A stretch of DNA of 64,000 nucleotides. Origin: a virus (lineage: Duplodnaviria; Caudoviricetes). The stretch lies in IMG/VR virus record IMGVR_UViG_2524614847_000004, positions 71,534-135,533 of that record. The stretch is one strand, 5' to 3'. This document shows, piece after piece, positions 19,995 to 30,139 of this stretch (position 1 is its first letter; every line of letters begins with the position of its first letter). The position numbers and the translations under genes are program-made. Under the pieces are notes generated by a model. It was not told the DNA's origin. It did not search any database and saw nothing but the letters and a program-made list of their open reading frames with translations.

Positions 19995-21014
19995 ATGAAG
20001 AAAATACCAGAAGTAACAAGCGAAGAATGGGGTAAAGTTAATGTATTTAACAGGTTTATTTATGACGATTTCTTTGCCAACAACATTGAACTATCAGACA
20101 AATCTATTAAGGCATATCGTAGTTCATTAAAAATTTGGTTCAGATGGGTTATGGAGAATTTAAGCAACAAACAACAGACAGAAATTAAGGGGTTGGACTT
20201 TAAGAGGTATCAGAACTGGCTAATAAGTCTTGGACACTCTTCTTCTGACATTTCAAATAAACGTGCTGCTGTTAGCAGTTTAAATAATTACATAATGGTA
20301 TATTACGAAAGCGATTTTCCTACATTTCGCAACTTCATCAATTCCTCAATAAAGAAACCAGAAAAGTCTTTTGTTAGAGAAAAGATTCCTCCAACAAAAG
20401 CTGAAATGGAAAAACTTATTTCTACATTAAAAGAAGGTAAGGTTAAAGACAAATATCAGAAAATTGCTTATTTAAAGTTCACATGGGAAACTGGTTGTCG
20501 CAGAGCCGAAACAATGCAAATTATGAAAGACATTATTAACTCTGAACCGATTATAAAAAAGAAATTGGTTAAGTTGGAAGATGGGGCTGAAGAAGAAAAA
20601 GAAATCAAATACTATCTTACCCCGAAAATCAGATGTAAGGGGCGTGGGAAAACCGGAAAAATTCGACGCTTGAAATTCTCTGATTATTCCTTGGAAGCAT
20701 TTAAAAAATGGTTGGAAGAACGAGGAGATGATGATTGCCCATATATGTTTATCACAAAATATAACGGTGGAATTAATCAGGTAAGCGAAACCACATTTAA
20801 TAATTGGTGTACTGATGTATTCTCTCCTATTATTGGTAGACGATTTCATCCGCATATTCTTAGGGAAGGACGAGCGACAAGTATAGTCGTTGAAGAAGGC
20901 AAGAATATCGAAGCAGCTCAAGCCTTGCTTGGACATGAATCGAGCCAAACCACACAGATCTACGTAATTAGAGATGATGAAGATGAGGATTCCGATGAGC
21001 TATTTATGGATTAA
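19995..21014 (+). CDS. Tyrosine recombinase (XerC/D-like) inside the structural module
   Basis: TGCRRAE, KGRG, HILR, LGH..TTQIY catalytic set; SD GAAAGGAAGTGA before ATG 19995. Confidence 0.9.
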   Translation: MKKIPEVTSEEWGKVNVFNRFIYDDFFANNIELSDKSIKAYRSSLKIWFRWVMENLSNKQQTEIKGLDFKRYQNWLISLGHSSSDISNKRAAVSSLNNYIMVYYESDFPTFRNFINSSIKKPEKSFVREKIPPTKAEMEKLISTLKEGKVKDKYQKIAYLKFTWETGCRRAETMQIMKDIINSEPIIKKKLVKLEDGAEEEKEIKYYLTPKIRCKGRGKTGKIRRLKFSDYSLEAFKKWLEERGDDDCPYMFITKYNGGINQVSETTFNNWCTDVFSPIIGRRFHPHILREGRATSIVVEEGKNIEAAQALLGHESSQTTQIYVIRDDEDEDSDELFMD

Positions 21015-21128
21015 TTCATTATAAAATCCCACTTTGCTTGTAAATCAAAAACAGAATAATTAAACCATTACTGCCGCCCTCTCATATGGCGGTTATTTTT
21101 ATGCCCAAAAATATGAAAGGAGTGTTAC

Positions 21129-23216
21129 ATGGATAATTTAATTCTCCAGCTTGTCACTAGGTTGGATTCTAGCAAAACGGCTGATGATGTAAAGAAAATA
21201 CAGGAACAGTTAAATGCTAAAGGTATAACCTTAAAACCCGTTCTTGACACTGCAACAAGTAAAAAGGAAATTCAGAACCTAGCCAAGCAATTACAATCGA
21301 TAATGTCGTCAGTTGACCCGAAGTTTGGTGAGATAGGTGTTAAAGAATATACGTCTGCCATTAATGCTACTATTTCTGCCTCAAAGAAGGCTACTGCTGA
21401 ACAGGACAGATTTGTCAATTCAATGGCACGAGGACGGGAACAATCAGAATTATTACGTTCTGCAGAAGAAAAACGTCAGCAACTGGCGCAAAGTAATGCG
21501 ATAAACAAGAATCTTGAAGCCGAATACATTGAACGTCAGAAAATCTCACAGAAAATTGATGAGCAAGCTAATAAAATAAGAAATTTGCAATCAAGTGGGA
21601 ACGTAGATTTAAATTTTGATAAAGTTAAAACATCAATAAATAATCTTGATAAGATTGGATTGGCAACAGAATCATTAAAAAATGATTTTAAGCAGCTAAG
21701 TGTTCTATATAAAGGTATTGATAGTTCAACTCCGACAAAGCTTATAACCACATACTCTGCCTTTGATTCTCAGTTAAAGAAGGTTAATAATTCAATTGCT
21801 ACACAGAAATTAGGATTATCAGAAGTAAAACAGCAAGTTTCACAAGTAGATAAAATTACTTTTGCTAATCAGATACAAGCGTGGCGTAGAGTTAACTCAG
21901 CAGCCGAGAAAGAATTTGGTGGTACGCTTGATGAATTACTCATCAAACTGAAAGAAATCGATAATAAATCAGATTTCAGTAATCTACAAAAGAAATTTCG
22001 AGGTGTAAAGGCTGAAGCTGACGCTTTAGGGGTTACTGGTAAAAGTATAGGTGACACATTCGCATCAAGTGCACGTAAATTTTCAGAATGGATTGTTTCT
22101 GCTGGCGCTGTAATGACTGTGGTTCAGTCTGTGAAACAGATGGTTTCTAACGTTATAATATTAGACTCAGCAATGACCAATCTTTATAAGGTTACAGATG
22201 AGACAGATAGCAAGTACAATCAGTTTCTGATAAGCGCTAATAAAAACGCACAGGAGTTAGGCAGGTCTGTATCTAGTCTCGTTGAACAAACTGCAACATG
22301 GGCCAAGCTTGGATTTAATATTGACCAAGCAGAACAATTAGCAAAAATTTCTTCTATTTACGCTAACGTGGGCGAAGTTGATGATAAGACTGCAATATCC
22401 GACCTTGTTACGGCAATGAAAAGTTTTAACATCGAAAGTTCAAAAAGTATCACAATTGTAGACTCGCTTAACAAACTTGGAAACGAGTTTGCGACAGATG
22501 CAGGTTCGCTCGGTGAAGGATTAAAAAATGCTGCCTCTGCACTCGCTCTTGGTGGAATGGATATTAACAAATCACTAGCACTTTTAACTGGTGGATCTGA
22601 AATCACTCAAAATGCTGGAGAATTAGGCAACGCTTTAAAGGTCGGTCAAATGCGTGTAATGGGCATGAAAGGCGCTTTAGAAGAACTTGGCGAAGAAGCA
22701 GAAGGTCTTGAATCAGTTAGTAAAATACAAACTCATATTCTTAATCTGACAAAAGGCCAGGTTAATATTATGAACGACGCAGATCCATCGAAATTCAAAG
22801 ATTATTACGAAATTCTTGAAGGTGTTTCTAAGGTATTTGATTCATTAGATCAGACGAAACGTGCCGATCTTTTAGAAACACTTTTCGGGAAACAGCGCGG
22901 CAATCAAGGTGCGGCTGTAATTCAGGCATTTCAGTCTGGACAAGTACAAAAAGCTCTCGATGCATCGATCAATTCGGCAGGTAGCGCATATGCTGAACAG
23001 GAAAAATGGCTTGAATCAATAGAGGCGAAGACGCAGCAGTTTATTGCATCGTTTCAGTCTTTATCGAGTGCCATAGTGGATTCTGATGGGCTAAAACTGC
23101 TTGTAGATTCTGGAACATCTTTAAATAACATTTTAACTGAATTAATTCGAAACTTTGGCATTTTGCCAACGCTTGTATCTGGTGCAGGTATTGCATCATT
23201 CGTAAAAAACTTCGCT
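21129..23216 (+). CDS. Tape measure protein, exon 1 (TP901-type core)
   Basis: Helical Ala/Ser/Gln-rich sequence with LDSAMTNLYKVTDET core; TAG at 23217 is the first three intron bases. Confidence 0.88.
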
Positions 23217-23709
23217 TAGCTCTGAAATAAGAGTTACACTTAAATCTTTCCGAGGGATTTAGTTGGGCTATCTAGGGGGAGGAAATACCATAATGGCGGT
23301 ATATACAATTCCTAGAGACGAAAGTTTTAAAATAAAAAGAGGATTAATTGCTTGAAAGTGTAACGCTCACTACTCTTCTATTTTAGAAGAAGCCGAGAAA
23401 TAAGGCAAATAAGTCAAACGGTTTATACACCGGAGTGAGATTTCTAGGGATAAAAAATAATTCCCGACAGAAGTACAATCACCAACGAAGCAGCTAACCC
23501 TATCTACGCTAAGTCGTGGCATATAATCCGATGGTAGCAATTGCGAAAGCAGTGTCGGGATAAAGTCATAAAAGATAGGGAATGTTCAACGAGCACCATT
23601 CCTCACAGTATGCAAAAGCCTGATTTTGTGTGCTGTTAATGCATGTTCTAAAGTATACGAAGTATCAAACTTCAATGTTATTCAATGTAAGATATCAAAA
23701 CATTTACAC

Positions 23710-23743
23710 TTGTCTGGAAATTTCTTCCTCTCTATGATATAAT
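23710..23743 (+). promoter_or_regulatory. Sigma-A-like promoter for cargo gene 1
   Basis: TTGTCT-N17-TATGAT with an overlapping TGnTATAAT. Confidence 0.55.
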
Positions 23744-23774
23744 AATTTTAAAAAGAGATACAGGAGGGAATTGT

Positions 23775-24404
23775 ATGAAAAGGTTATTAGTTTTATTAAT
23801 GACAGCTACTATTGCTATTTGCAGCACATTTGTTTCTTTTGCAGGAGAATGGAAACAGAACGATAAAGGTTGGTGGTATCAGAACGACGACGGAAGTTAT
23901 GTAACATCTTCATGGAAGGAAATTGATGGGAAACAATATTATTTTGGATGGCATGGTTATATGTTGCATGATACGACTACACCAGATGGGTACTATGTTG
24001 GATCAGATGGGGCGTGGATCCCAGACGGAGAAATCTTGAATTCTGAGGCGGTGAATCCTTTGGGTGATAAGGATTTAGCAATTCAGACATTAGCAAATTT
24101 AATGATTACATTAAAAGACCCCAATTCCCTAGAGGTAAACAAAATATATTGTCAAACAATCGTTGGTGGAGCGGGTGCGATATTGAGGCAGGTTGTTATT
24201 AGATACTCGGCTACAAATACTTATGGTGGAAGAGTTGCAGATTATTATTCTGCATGGGCAAGTCCAAAAGATGGAAGTTTGGTATTAGATAGTGGTTTTA
24301 GGAAGGTTACACAGGAAATCTTAAATTCTGCGTTTGATAAAACCGAGTTAAACATTGATGAAATCTTACCTGCGGCACAACAGTTGGCTAACAGTTGGTA
24401 TTAA
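23775..24404 (+). CDS. Intron cargo 1: secreted cell-wall-binding-repeat protein
   Basis: Signal peptide ..VSFA|GEW, WWYQNDDGSY and TPDGYYVGSDGAW repeats, C-terminal LKDPxS..Y.ATN.YGG domain. Confidence 0.85.
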   Translation: MKRLLVLLMTATIAICSTFVSFAGEWKQNDKGWWYQNDDGSYVTSSWKEIDGKQYYFGWHGYMLHDTTTPDGYYVGSDGAWIPDGEILNSEAVNPLGDKDLAIQTLANLMITLKDPNSLEVNKIYCQTIVGGAGAILRQVVIRYSATNTYGGRVADYYSAWASPKDGSLVLDSGFRKVTQEILNSAFDKTELNIDEILPAAQQLANSWY

Positions 24405-24418
24405 TATTAAGTGCAGTT

Positions 24419-24449
24419 TAAAGAGTCTGAACATATCAGACTCTTTTTA
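24419..24449. terminator. Probably bidirectional intrinsic terminator inside the intron
   Basis: aaagagtctga-acata-tcagactcttttt between two convergent genes. Confidence 0.75.
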
Positions 24450-24575
24450 TGTGTGATAATTTTTGTTCATTATATATATCACAGCCATACACTGATATCC
24501 ACGCTTGTTATAATACGAAAAAGATACCAGTAATCCTCCAAGTTGGCTTGAATTACTTCATAATGCTTAATTATT

Positions 24576-25037
24576 TCACCATTTTGCTCCACAATTCTTA
24601 CAGTGCATTGTGTTCCTAATATTACTACTAAATAATCCGAATGCCAATCCACCAACGGCCTTCTTGGGAAGAGATATTTTCTCTATGTTCGGGCTTCCAC
24701 ATGTGGGACACTTGGGGATATTTTGCTGTATTGCCTCGCTATTGCTGTTAAATGTTGGAGGAACCTGTTTTGTCTCGCGCATTATTTTATATAATTGGTG
24801 TGCTCCATTGAAGTCTAAAGCACATCTTTCTTTTAGTTTTTTAATTAACACAACAGGGGTTTCAGTTGATGTAGCCTCTAATAATTCCTTCGTTAAATCA
24901 AATCTTGTTCCGTTGATTTCACTTATATTTTTGTCAGTTAAATCGATATTTAGTGGATAACCACAAAAAATGCACTTCTCGGCTTCACTAGATATATCTT
25001 TATTACATTCAGGACATTTTATTAACATATTATCCAA
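24576..25037 (-). CDS. Intron cargo 2: double zinc-ribbon protein (likely start ATG 25028)
   Basis: CPEC..CIFCG and CPTCG..CKNCG motifs, hydrophobic GGLAFGLF segment, SD AAGGGG. Confidence 0.8.
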   Translation of the reverse strand: MDNMLIKCPECNKDISSEAEKCIFCGYPLNIDLTDKNISEINGTRFDLTKELLEATSTETPVVLIKKLKERCALDFNGAHQLYKIMRETKQVPPTFNSNSEAIQQNIPKCPTCGSPNIEKISLPKKAVGGLAFGLFSSNIRNTMHCKNCGAKW

Positions 25038-25089
25038 TCCCCTTTTTTGTTTATATTATCATACATATAATCTCATATCAATAGTATCG

Positions 25090-28000
25090 CAACTTAAAGA
25101 CCTCGGAAATCTTTATGCTTTTTTTGATGAGATAAATAAATTGGGCAGTATAGATAATATGTCAAACGTAATGCTTGACAAATTATCAGATTCATTTGTG
25201 GGGTTAAGTGACGCTCAAAAACTAGCAAGAATATCTTCATCAAATCTTTCAAATGAAATGAAACAACAAGTGGCTGGTATGGTTGTAGCGAAGTCTTCCA
25301 CCACCGCCCTCTCCGCTTCTCAAGCCACTGCAACCGCAACCACAACAGGATTTGGCACTGCATTAAAGGGTCTCTGGGCAACCATGCTTGCAAATCCATT
25401 AATTCTGGTGGGTGCCGCTATTACCGCTGGACTGACTGCATGGAATATGTACAAACATTCAGTAGATGAAATGAGGAAATCCACATCTGAAGCCGCATCC
25501 GTATTCAGTGATACTTCCTCTTCTATTGAAGAATATTCAGATAAATACAAAGTATTACATGATGAACTAACTAATGCAAACACCACAGAAGAACGTCAAC
25601 ATGAAATAAAGAGCGATCTTCTCTCTTTACAGAAAGAATTAAATGATAAATATGGAGAAGAATATGGCAAGCTAAATCTCGTTACCGATGCATATAAAGA
25701 TCAGACAGAAGCTATTCTGGCTATGAACAAAGCAGCGGCACAGAAGTTTTTGAATGAGAATAGAGAAGGAATTGAAGATGCCAAGACCCAAATGACTTCT
25801 AAGAAGACATATATGGCTGCAATGGACATTAGTATGTATTCTGAATCTGGTAGCAGCATTCTTGATTTAGCTAAACAGATGGGACTTGATGTTGATGCAA
25901 ATGAATCAACTGGTACTTTTACCGTTAGAATCAAAGCGAATCCTACAGAAGCATACGATTCCATAACAGACTTCATGAATCAAGTGACAGCATTACAAGA
26001 AGACTTTGGGAACGACGACTATGATATTGGGTCGGTGCTTGGGATATCAAGTACCTCGCTAAATCATGCAAAAGATAAAATTGACGAATTTGGTGTTAAG
26101 TACAATTCTGCATTAGAAGCTGAAATAACTATAAATGATAAACTCTCGCGGAGTTTTGAAGAAGTCAAAGGTGCAGTACAAAAGTATAATGACGCATTAG
26201 CTTCCGGTGATGAGACTAAAATTCTATCGGCAAGAGATAATTTAAATAAAGTTAAAAATTCAATTGACCTTACCAGTACAGATTGGAAAGATTATGCGTC
26301 TGTTGTTACAGATGTGTTTGATCAGGCTGATACCGACTTATACGATTTTGAAGGTTCATTAAAGTCAAATAAAGATGGATTAATGAATTTTGCAAAAACA
26401 TTACGTGGAATATCTAAAGAAGATATTCTTGCTATAAGCGATGCCGGGGATAATGAAAACTTCGAGAAACTAAGAGAGGCGGCCGATGAATATGAATTAA
26501 GTGCAGAAGATGTCATTGCAGTTCTTGAAAGATTGAAAATTGTTCAAGGTGATGTTGGCAAATTTGGCGAAGCGGCATTCACTCCTCTTTCCAAACAAGA
26601 AGTAATCTCAAACATCAACTCTCTCTCCGAAGGTTTTGAATCCATTGATAAAATCATGAAGAGTGTATCCGACAAAAACAATCCGTTTGACTATGCTCTG
26701 CTTGATGATGGTAAGTTTACAAAGATATTCAGCACCCTAAATGATGGTGGTGAAGCTTACACAAACTTCATCGAAAAGGTTTCGTCATCACCCAAGGATC
26801 TAAATGCTACTCAAAGTGCATTTGACGAATTGGTTACTACATGGATTGATGGTTCTGGTGTATTAAACGGACTCACTGAGGATAATGCTATTCTCGCTAC
26901 TACTATGCTCCAAAATATGGGTATTGCTAATGCAGAAGAAGTAGTAATGTCACGACTTTCGGCAGCACAGGAACACCTTGCAGCGCAAAAAGCTTATACA
27001 GCAGAAGTAAGTAATGACCTTGCTAATGCTACAGCAAGTGCAATCCCAGGAATTATAGAAGAGGCAACTCAAAGTGACATAGCCAAAGTAGCACTGGCCG
27101 GACTGGTATTAGAAAAAGAGTTTTTTAATGGGAATGCACTGGATACTAGTGGCGATATTGAAAATATCCTCTCTCTTGTTGGAGTAATTGGTACCGCGAG
27201 TAAGGCGTTACAAGCTTTAAATGCGGTAAAATCCGGTAAAGTTGGGGCTGGAGGTAAAGCTAATTATGATTTTATTGTAAGTGCCGCAGAAAAAGAATAT
27301 GAAGATGCAATAAAGGCTGCTTCCGAATATAAAGGCAAGGGTTCAAGTACCAACGTATCGTATACAGGTGGTCCAAAAACAAATAAACCATCTGGCTCTA
27401 AAAAAGATAAAAAAGAAACAAAAAAACCTATTGACTGGATTGCTCGCGGCACTAAAGTACTACAAGATGAGTATGCAAAATTAGAAGAATTAGCCAATAA
27501 AGACACAATTGCATACCTTGGACTGACACAAGAAGAATTTGATAAGGCTAAATCAATTTTCGATAATGGTCTTGGCAATACAGCGAAGGGTTTATCTCAG
27601 CTACAAAGTTATGCGGATAAAGCGGGATTGAGTTTAGGTGAATTATACACAATGATTCAATCTGGTGCTCCTAGTGCTTCAAAAGAAAATGCGCTGCAAA
27701 GTATGCTAGAAATGCAAACTGAAACATTGCTTCCGCAATACCAACGAGAAGTCGAGGCATATTCAAAAGCATATGCAGACGCTTTAAAGGATATTCCATC
27801 TGAATATAAGGCCAAAATTGAGAATGGTGGAGTAGATATTGAATCTTTACCTAGTGATTTAGCTGAAAAAGTTCAAACAGCAATTGATGCCAATGAAAAG
27901 TTGAAAAAATCGGAAGGACAGCTAGAAGAAGGAAGAGAAAAACAGATTCAAACGATTCAAGATTTACATGAGAATAGAATTGCCGCAACCGATATAGAAA

Positions 28001-28584
28001 ATGAAAAATTGGAACAGTCCAATAAGATAATAAAGTCTCAAATAGAATTGATGGAAGCACGTGGAGAGATTGTCGATGCAGATTTCTACAAACGGCAAAT
28101 AAGAAATAATAAGGGTTTGATTTCTGGAAACCAAAAAAATATTGCTGAATGGGAATCTGAAATGGCTGATCTTCGGAAGGCGAACGTTTCCACTAGCTCA
28201 AAAGAATATAAAGAATTACAAGCAAAAGTAAGGGCTGCAAAGAATGAAATACAGGGGATGAAACTTGAACAGGAAGAATACAATAACAAGTTACTTCAAA
28301 TGCCAATTGAAAATGCCTCTATTCTTGTTTCAATGTATCAGGATATTGGGACTGCTATTCGGGGCTGGGGTGATGAGGTTGTAGCTTCTGGAGGGAAATT
28401 AGATGCCGATTATTATCAGAGTTTGATTTTCAATGGAGCATCTGTGATTGGACAGCTTCAGAAACAAAGTTCTCTGATAAAAGATGTTATGGATAATTAC
28501 GAAGTTGGCTCGAATAACTGGAATGAATTATACAAGCAACTACAAAAACTCCGAGATGTCAAGTGCAATTCAGAACATGCGTAA
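25090..28584 (+). CDS. Tape measure protein, exon 2 (frameshifted near 28545)
   Basis: GFGTALKGLWATMLANPLILVGAAI plus long coiled coils; no SD or start of its own; joins exon 1 in frame. Confidence 0.85.
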   Translation, partial: QLKDLGNLYAFFDEINKLGSIDNMSNVMLDKLSDSFVGLSDAQKLARISSSNLSNEMKQQVAGMVVAKSSTTALSASQATATATTTGFGTALKGLWATMLANPLILVGAAITAGLTAWNMYKHSVDEMRKSTSEAASVFSDTSSSIEEYSDKYKVLHDELTNANTTEERQHEIKSDLLSLQKELNDKYGEEYGKLNLVTDAYKDQTEAILAMNKAAAQKFLNENREGIEDAKTQMTSKKTYMAAMDISMYSESGSSILDLAKQMGLDVDANESTGTFTVRIKANPTEAYDSITDFMNQVTALQEDFGNDDYDIGSVLGISSTSLNHAKDKIDEFGVKYNSALEAEITINDKLSRSFEEVKGAVQKYNDALASGDETKILSARDNLNKVKNSIDLTSTDWKDYASVVTDVFDQADTDLYDFEGSLKSNKDGLMNFAKTLRGISKEDILAISDAGDNENFEKLREAADEYELSAEDVIAVLERLKIVQGDVGKFGEAAFTPLSKQEVISNINSLSEGFESIDKIMKSVSDKNNPFDYALLDDGKFTKIFSTLNDGGEAYTNFIEKVSSSPKDLNATQSAFDELVTTWIDGSGVLNGLTEDNAILATTMLQNMGIANAEEVVMSRLSAAQEHLAAQKAYTAEVSNDLANATASAIPGIIEEATQSDIAKVALAGLVLEKEFFNGNALDTSGDIENILSLVGVIGTASKALQALNAVKSGKVGAGGKANYDFIVSAAEKEYEDAIKAASEYKGKGSSTNVSYTGGPKTNKPSGSKKDKKETKKPIDWIARGTKVLQDEYAKLEELANKDTIAYLGLTQEEFDKAKSIFDNGLGNTAKGLSQLQSYADKAGLSLGELYTMIQSGAPSASKENALQSMLEMQTETLLPQYQREVEAYSKAYADALKDIPSEYKAKIENGGVDIESLPSDLAEKVQTAIDANEKLKKSEGQLEEGREKQIQTIQDLHENRIAATDIENEKLEQSNKIIKSQIELMEARGEIVDADFYKRQIRNNKGLISGNQKNIAEWESEMADLRKANVSTSSKEYKELQAKVRAAKNEIQGMKLEQEEYNNKLLQMPIENASILVSMYQDIGTAIRGWGDEVVASGGKLDADYYQSLIFNGASVIGQLQKQSSLIKDVMDNYEVGSNNWNELYKQLQKLRDVKCNSEHA

Positions 28585-30136
28585 ATTCAATGAAGAATTA
28601 CTGAAAATGCCTCTTGATAAAATTGGCAACTTCTCTTCTGAATTACAAAAAGTTGCTGATGGACTAAGCAAAGTTCAGAGTGAACAAGATCAGGTTATAT
28701 CTGCCGTAACAAACGCAATTCAGAAACAGATTGATGCTATAAATGACCAGAAGAACGCATACCAGGAAGCCAATGAAGCACAAAAGAAGGGTTTAAAGGA
28801 TAAACTTGACTTACTTCAAAAGCAGAACATCCAGTTAAAGCGACAGACTGACTATGAACAGGCATTATATGACTTACAGAAAACAAACCAACAAGCAACC
28901 GAAGCTGTAATTCGTGATGGGGAAAAAGTTTATGAGGTGAATGCAGATAAGCAAAGAGAGGCTCTTGAAAAAGTTCAAGATGCAAAATTCGCTCTTGAAA
29001 CAGGAAAAATTCAGGATGAAATTGATGCACTCGATGAAGCACTTGAAAAACAGAACGAATTATATGATTCACAGATTAAGAACCTTGAAACTATAGCAGA
29101 TCGATGGAAGCAAATTGCAGAGAACATCAAGATTGCACAGGACGAAGCCATTGCAACAGATAGCCTCGGTAATGGTTGGAAAGACAAAGTTCTCTCTGGC
29201 AACGATGAAGCTCTATTCAATACATTCTCTGGAATGTACGCCAACACCGCCGAACAGCTAAAAAAATATCAAGATCAGATAGACTCCACTAACAACATTC
29301 AGTCCTTATTAGAGGATTATATAGCTTCCTATAAGGCAGGTGAAATCACCTATACTGAAGCTGTAAATGGTATTAACGGTCTTCTATCTCAGCTTAATCA
29401 GAAAATGTCTGCCACAGATAATTTAAAGAATATCTTTGATTATCTTGGAACTGTAAATGACACAGCAGCTAACGCAGACGCGATTCTGACGGGTATCCAG
29501 AGTGGATTGAAAGATACTGCCACTGAGTTGTTAAAGTCCCTAGAACAGTACAATAAGAACTCTGGAATGATATCTGAATATACGTCTAGTTGGCAACAAC
29601 TTACTAATAACGTTAAGGACATGCTCGATGTGCTAAAACAAGTCAGGGACAATCAAAAAGATAGTTATGACCGCGATGATGACGACGATGATGAACCGTA
29701 TGATAAATCCAGAGGTAAAGGTTGGGGAACTGGTGATGTAAACAATGGCCCTGGTGTATATGCTGATGGCATCAAAAATGGGCTTGTTGGAAAATCTACA
29801 GATTCTGAGCGAGAAAAGATGCTCAAACATCTTGCTACAAATAATTTGAAGCCGGGAGAAGTTCCAATACTTGCTCATGAAGGAGAGGCTATCTTTAATG
29901 ATGAACAACAGAATAATCTTTTAAAGAACTTAGCGTCTGCTAATGGTTTTAAGCCTAATATTCCTGATTATAGCAGTTTTCTAAATCAAATTACAGTAAG
30001 AGAATCGACTCCAAAGCAAGAATTCAAGTTTGGTAATATCAATATTCAAGAATGTAATAATGCCAATGATTTGGCTAAAGAAATACTAAACGGCGGACTG
30101 ACACGAGCAGTTATCCAAGGTTTAGGAAAAAGATGA
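28547..30136 (+). CDS. Tape measure C-terminal part (+1 frame)
   Basis: FNEELLKMP echoes upstream YNNKLLQMP; C-terminal AHEGEAIFN..FGNINI typical of tape measure ends. Confidence 0.75.
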   Translation, partial: NSEMSSAIQNMRKFNEELLKMPLDKIGNFSSELQKVADGLSKVQSEQDQVISAVTNAIQKQIDAINDQKNAYQEANEAQKKGLKDKLDLLQKQNIQLKRQTDYEQALYDLQKTNQQATEAVIRDGEKVYEVNADKQREALEKVQDAKFALETGKIQDEIDALDEALEKQNELYDSQIKNLETIADRWKQIAENIKIAQDEAIATDSLGNGWKDKVLSGNDEALFNTFSGMYANTAEQLKKYQDQIDSTNNIQSLLEDYIASYKAGEITYTEAVNGINGLLSQLNQKMSATDNLKNIFDYLGTVNDTAANADAILTGIQSGLKDTATELLKSLEQYNKNSGMISEYTSSWQQLTNNVKDMLDVLKQVRDNQKDSYDRDDDDDDEPYDKSRGKGWGTGDVNNGPGVYADGIKNGLVGKSTDSEREKMLKHLATNNLKPGEVPILAHEGEAIFNDEQQNNLLKNLASANGFKPNIPDYSSFLNQITVRESTPKQEFKFGNINIQECNNANDLAKEILNGGLTRAVIQGLGKR

Positions 30137-30139
30137 TTT

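Larger units (their letters stand above)
23217..25089 (+). ncRNA. Group I self-splicing intron (core 23217-23666; cargo in the P9 region)
   Basis: P1 gct|tagct with agttgggc (U-G at the splice site); P3 gaggatt/attcctc; P aattgcttgaaa; Q aacgaagcagc; P6a ccctatct/agataggg; R gttcaacgagcac; 13-bp P8; S aatgcatgttc; terminal G 25089; splice is in frame. Confidence 0.88.

Noticed and set aside
24970-25089. N-terminal 40 aa of the ORF-track protein 24970..28584
   Set aside because: Overlaps the antisense cargo gene and its promoter, has no SD, and lies inside the intron
23667-25089. Homing endonuclease or IStron transposase in the intron
   Set aside because: No LAGLIDADG, GIY-YIG, HNH, TnpA or TnpB motifs in either cargo ORF
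28541-28552. Programmed -1 frameshift in the tape measure gene
   Set aside because: The required shift is +1, and there is no X XXY YYZ heptamer or obvious stimulator
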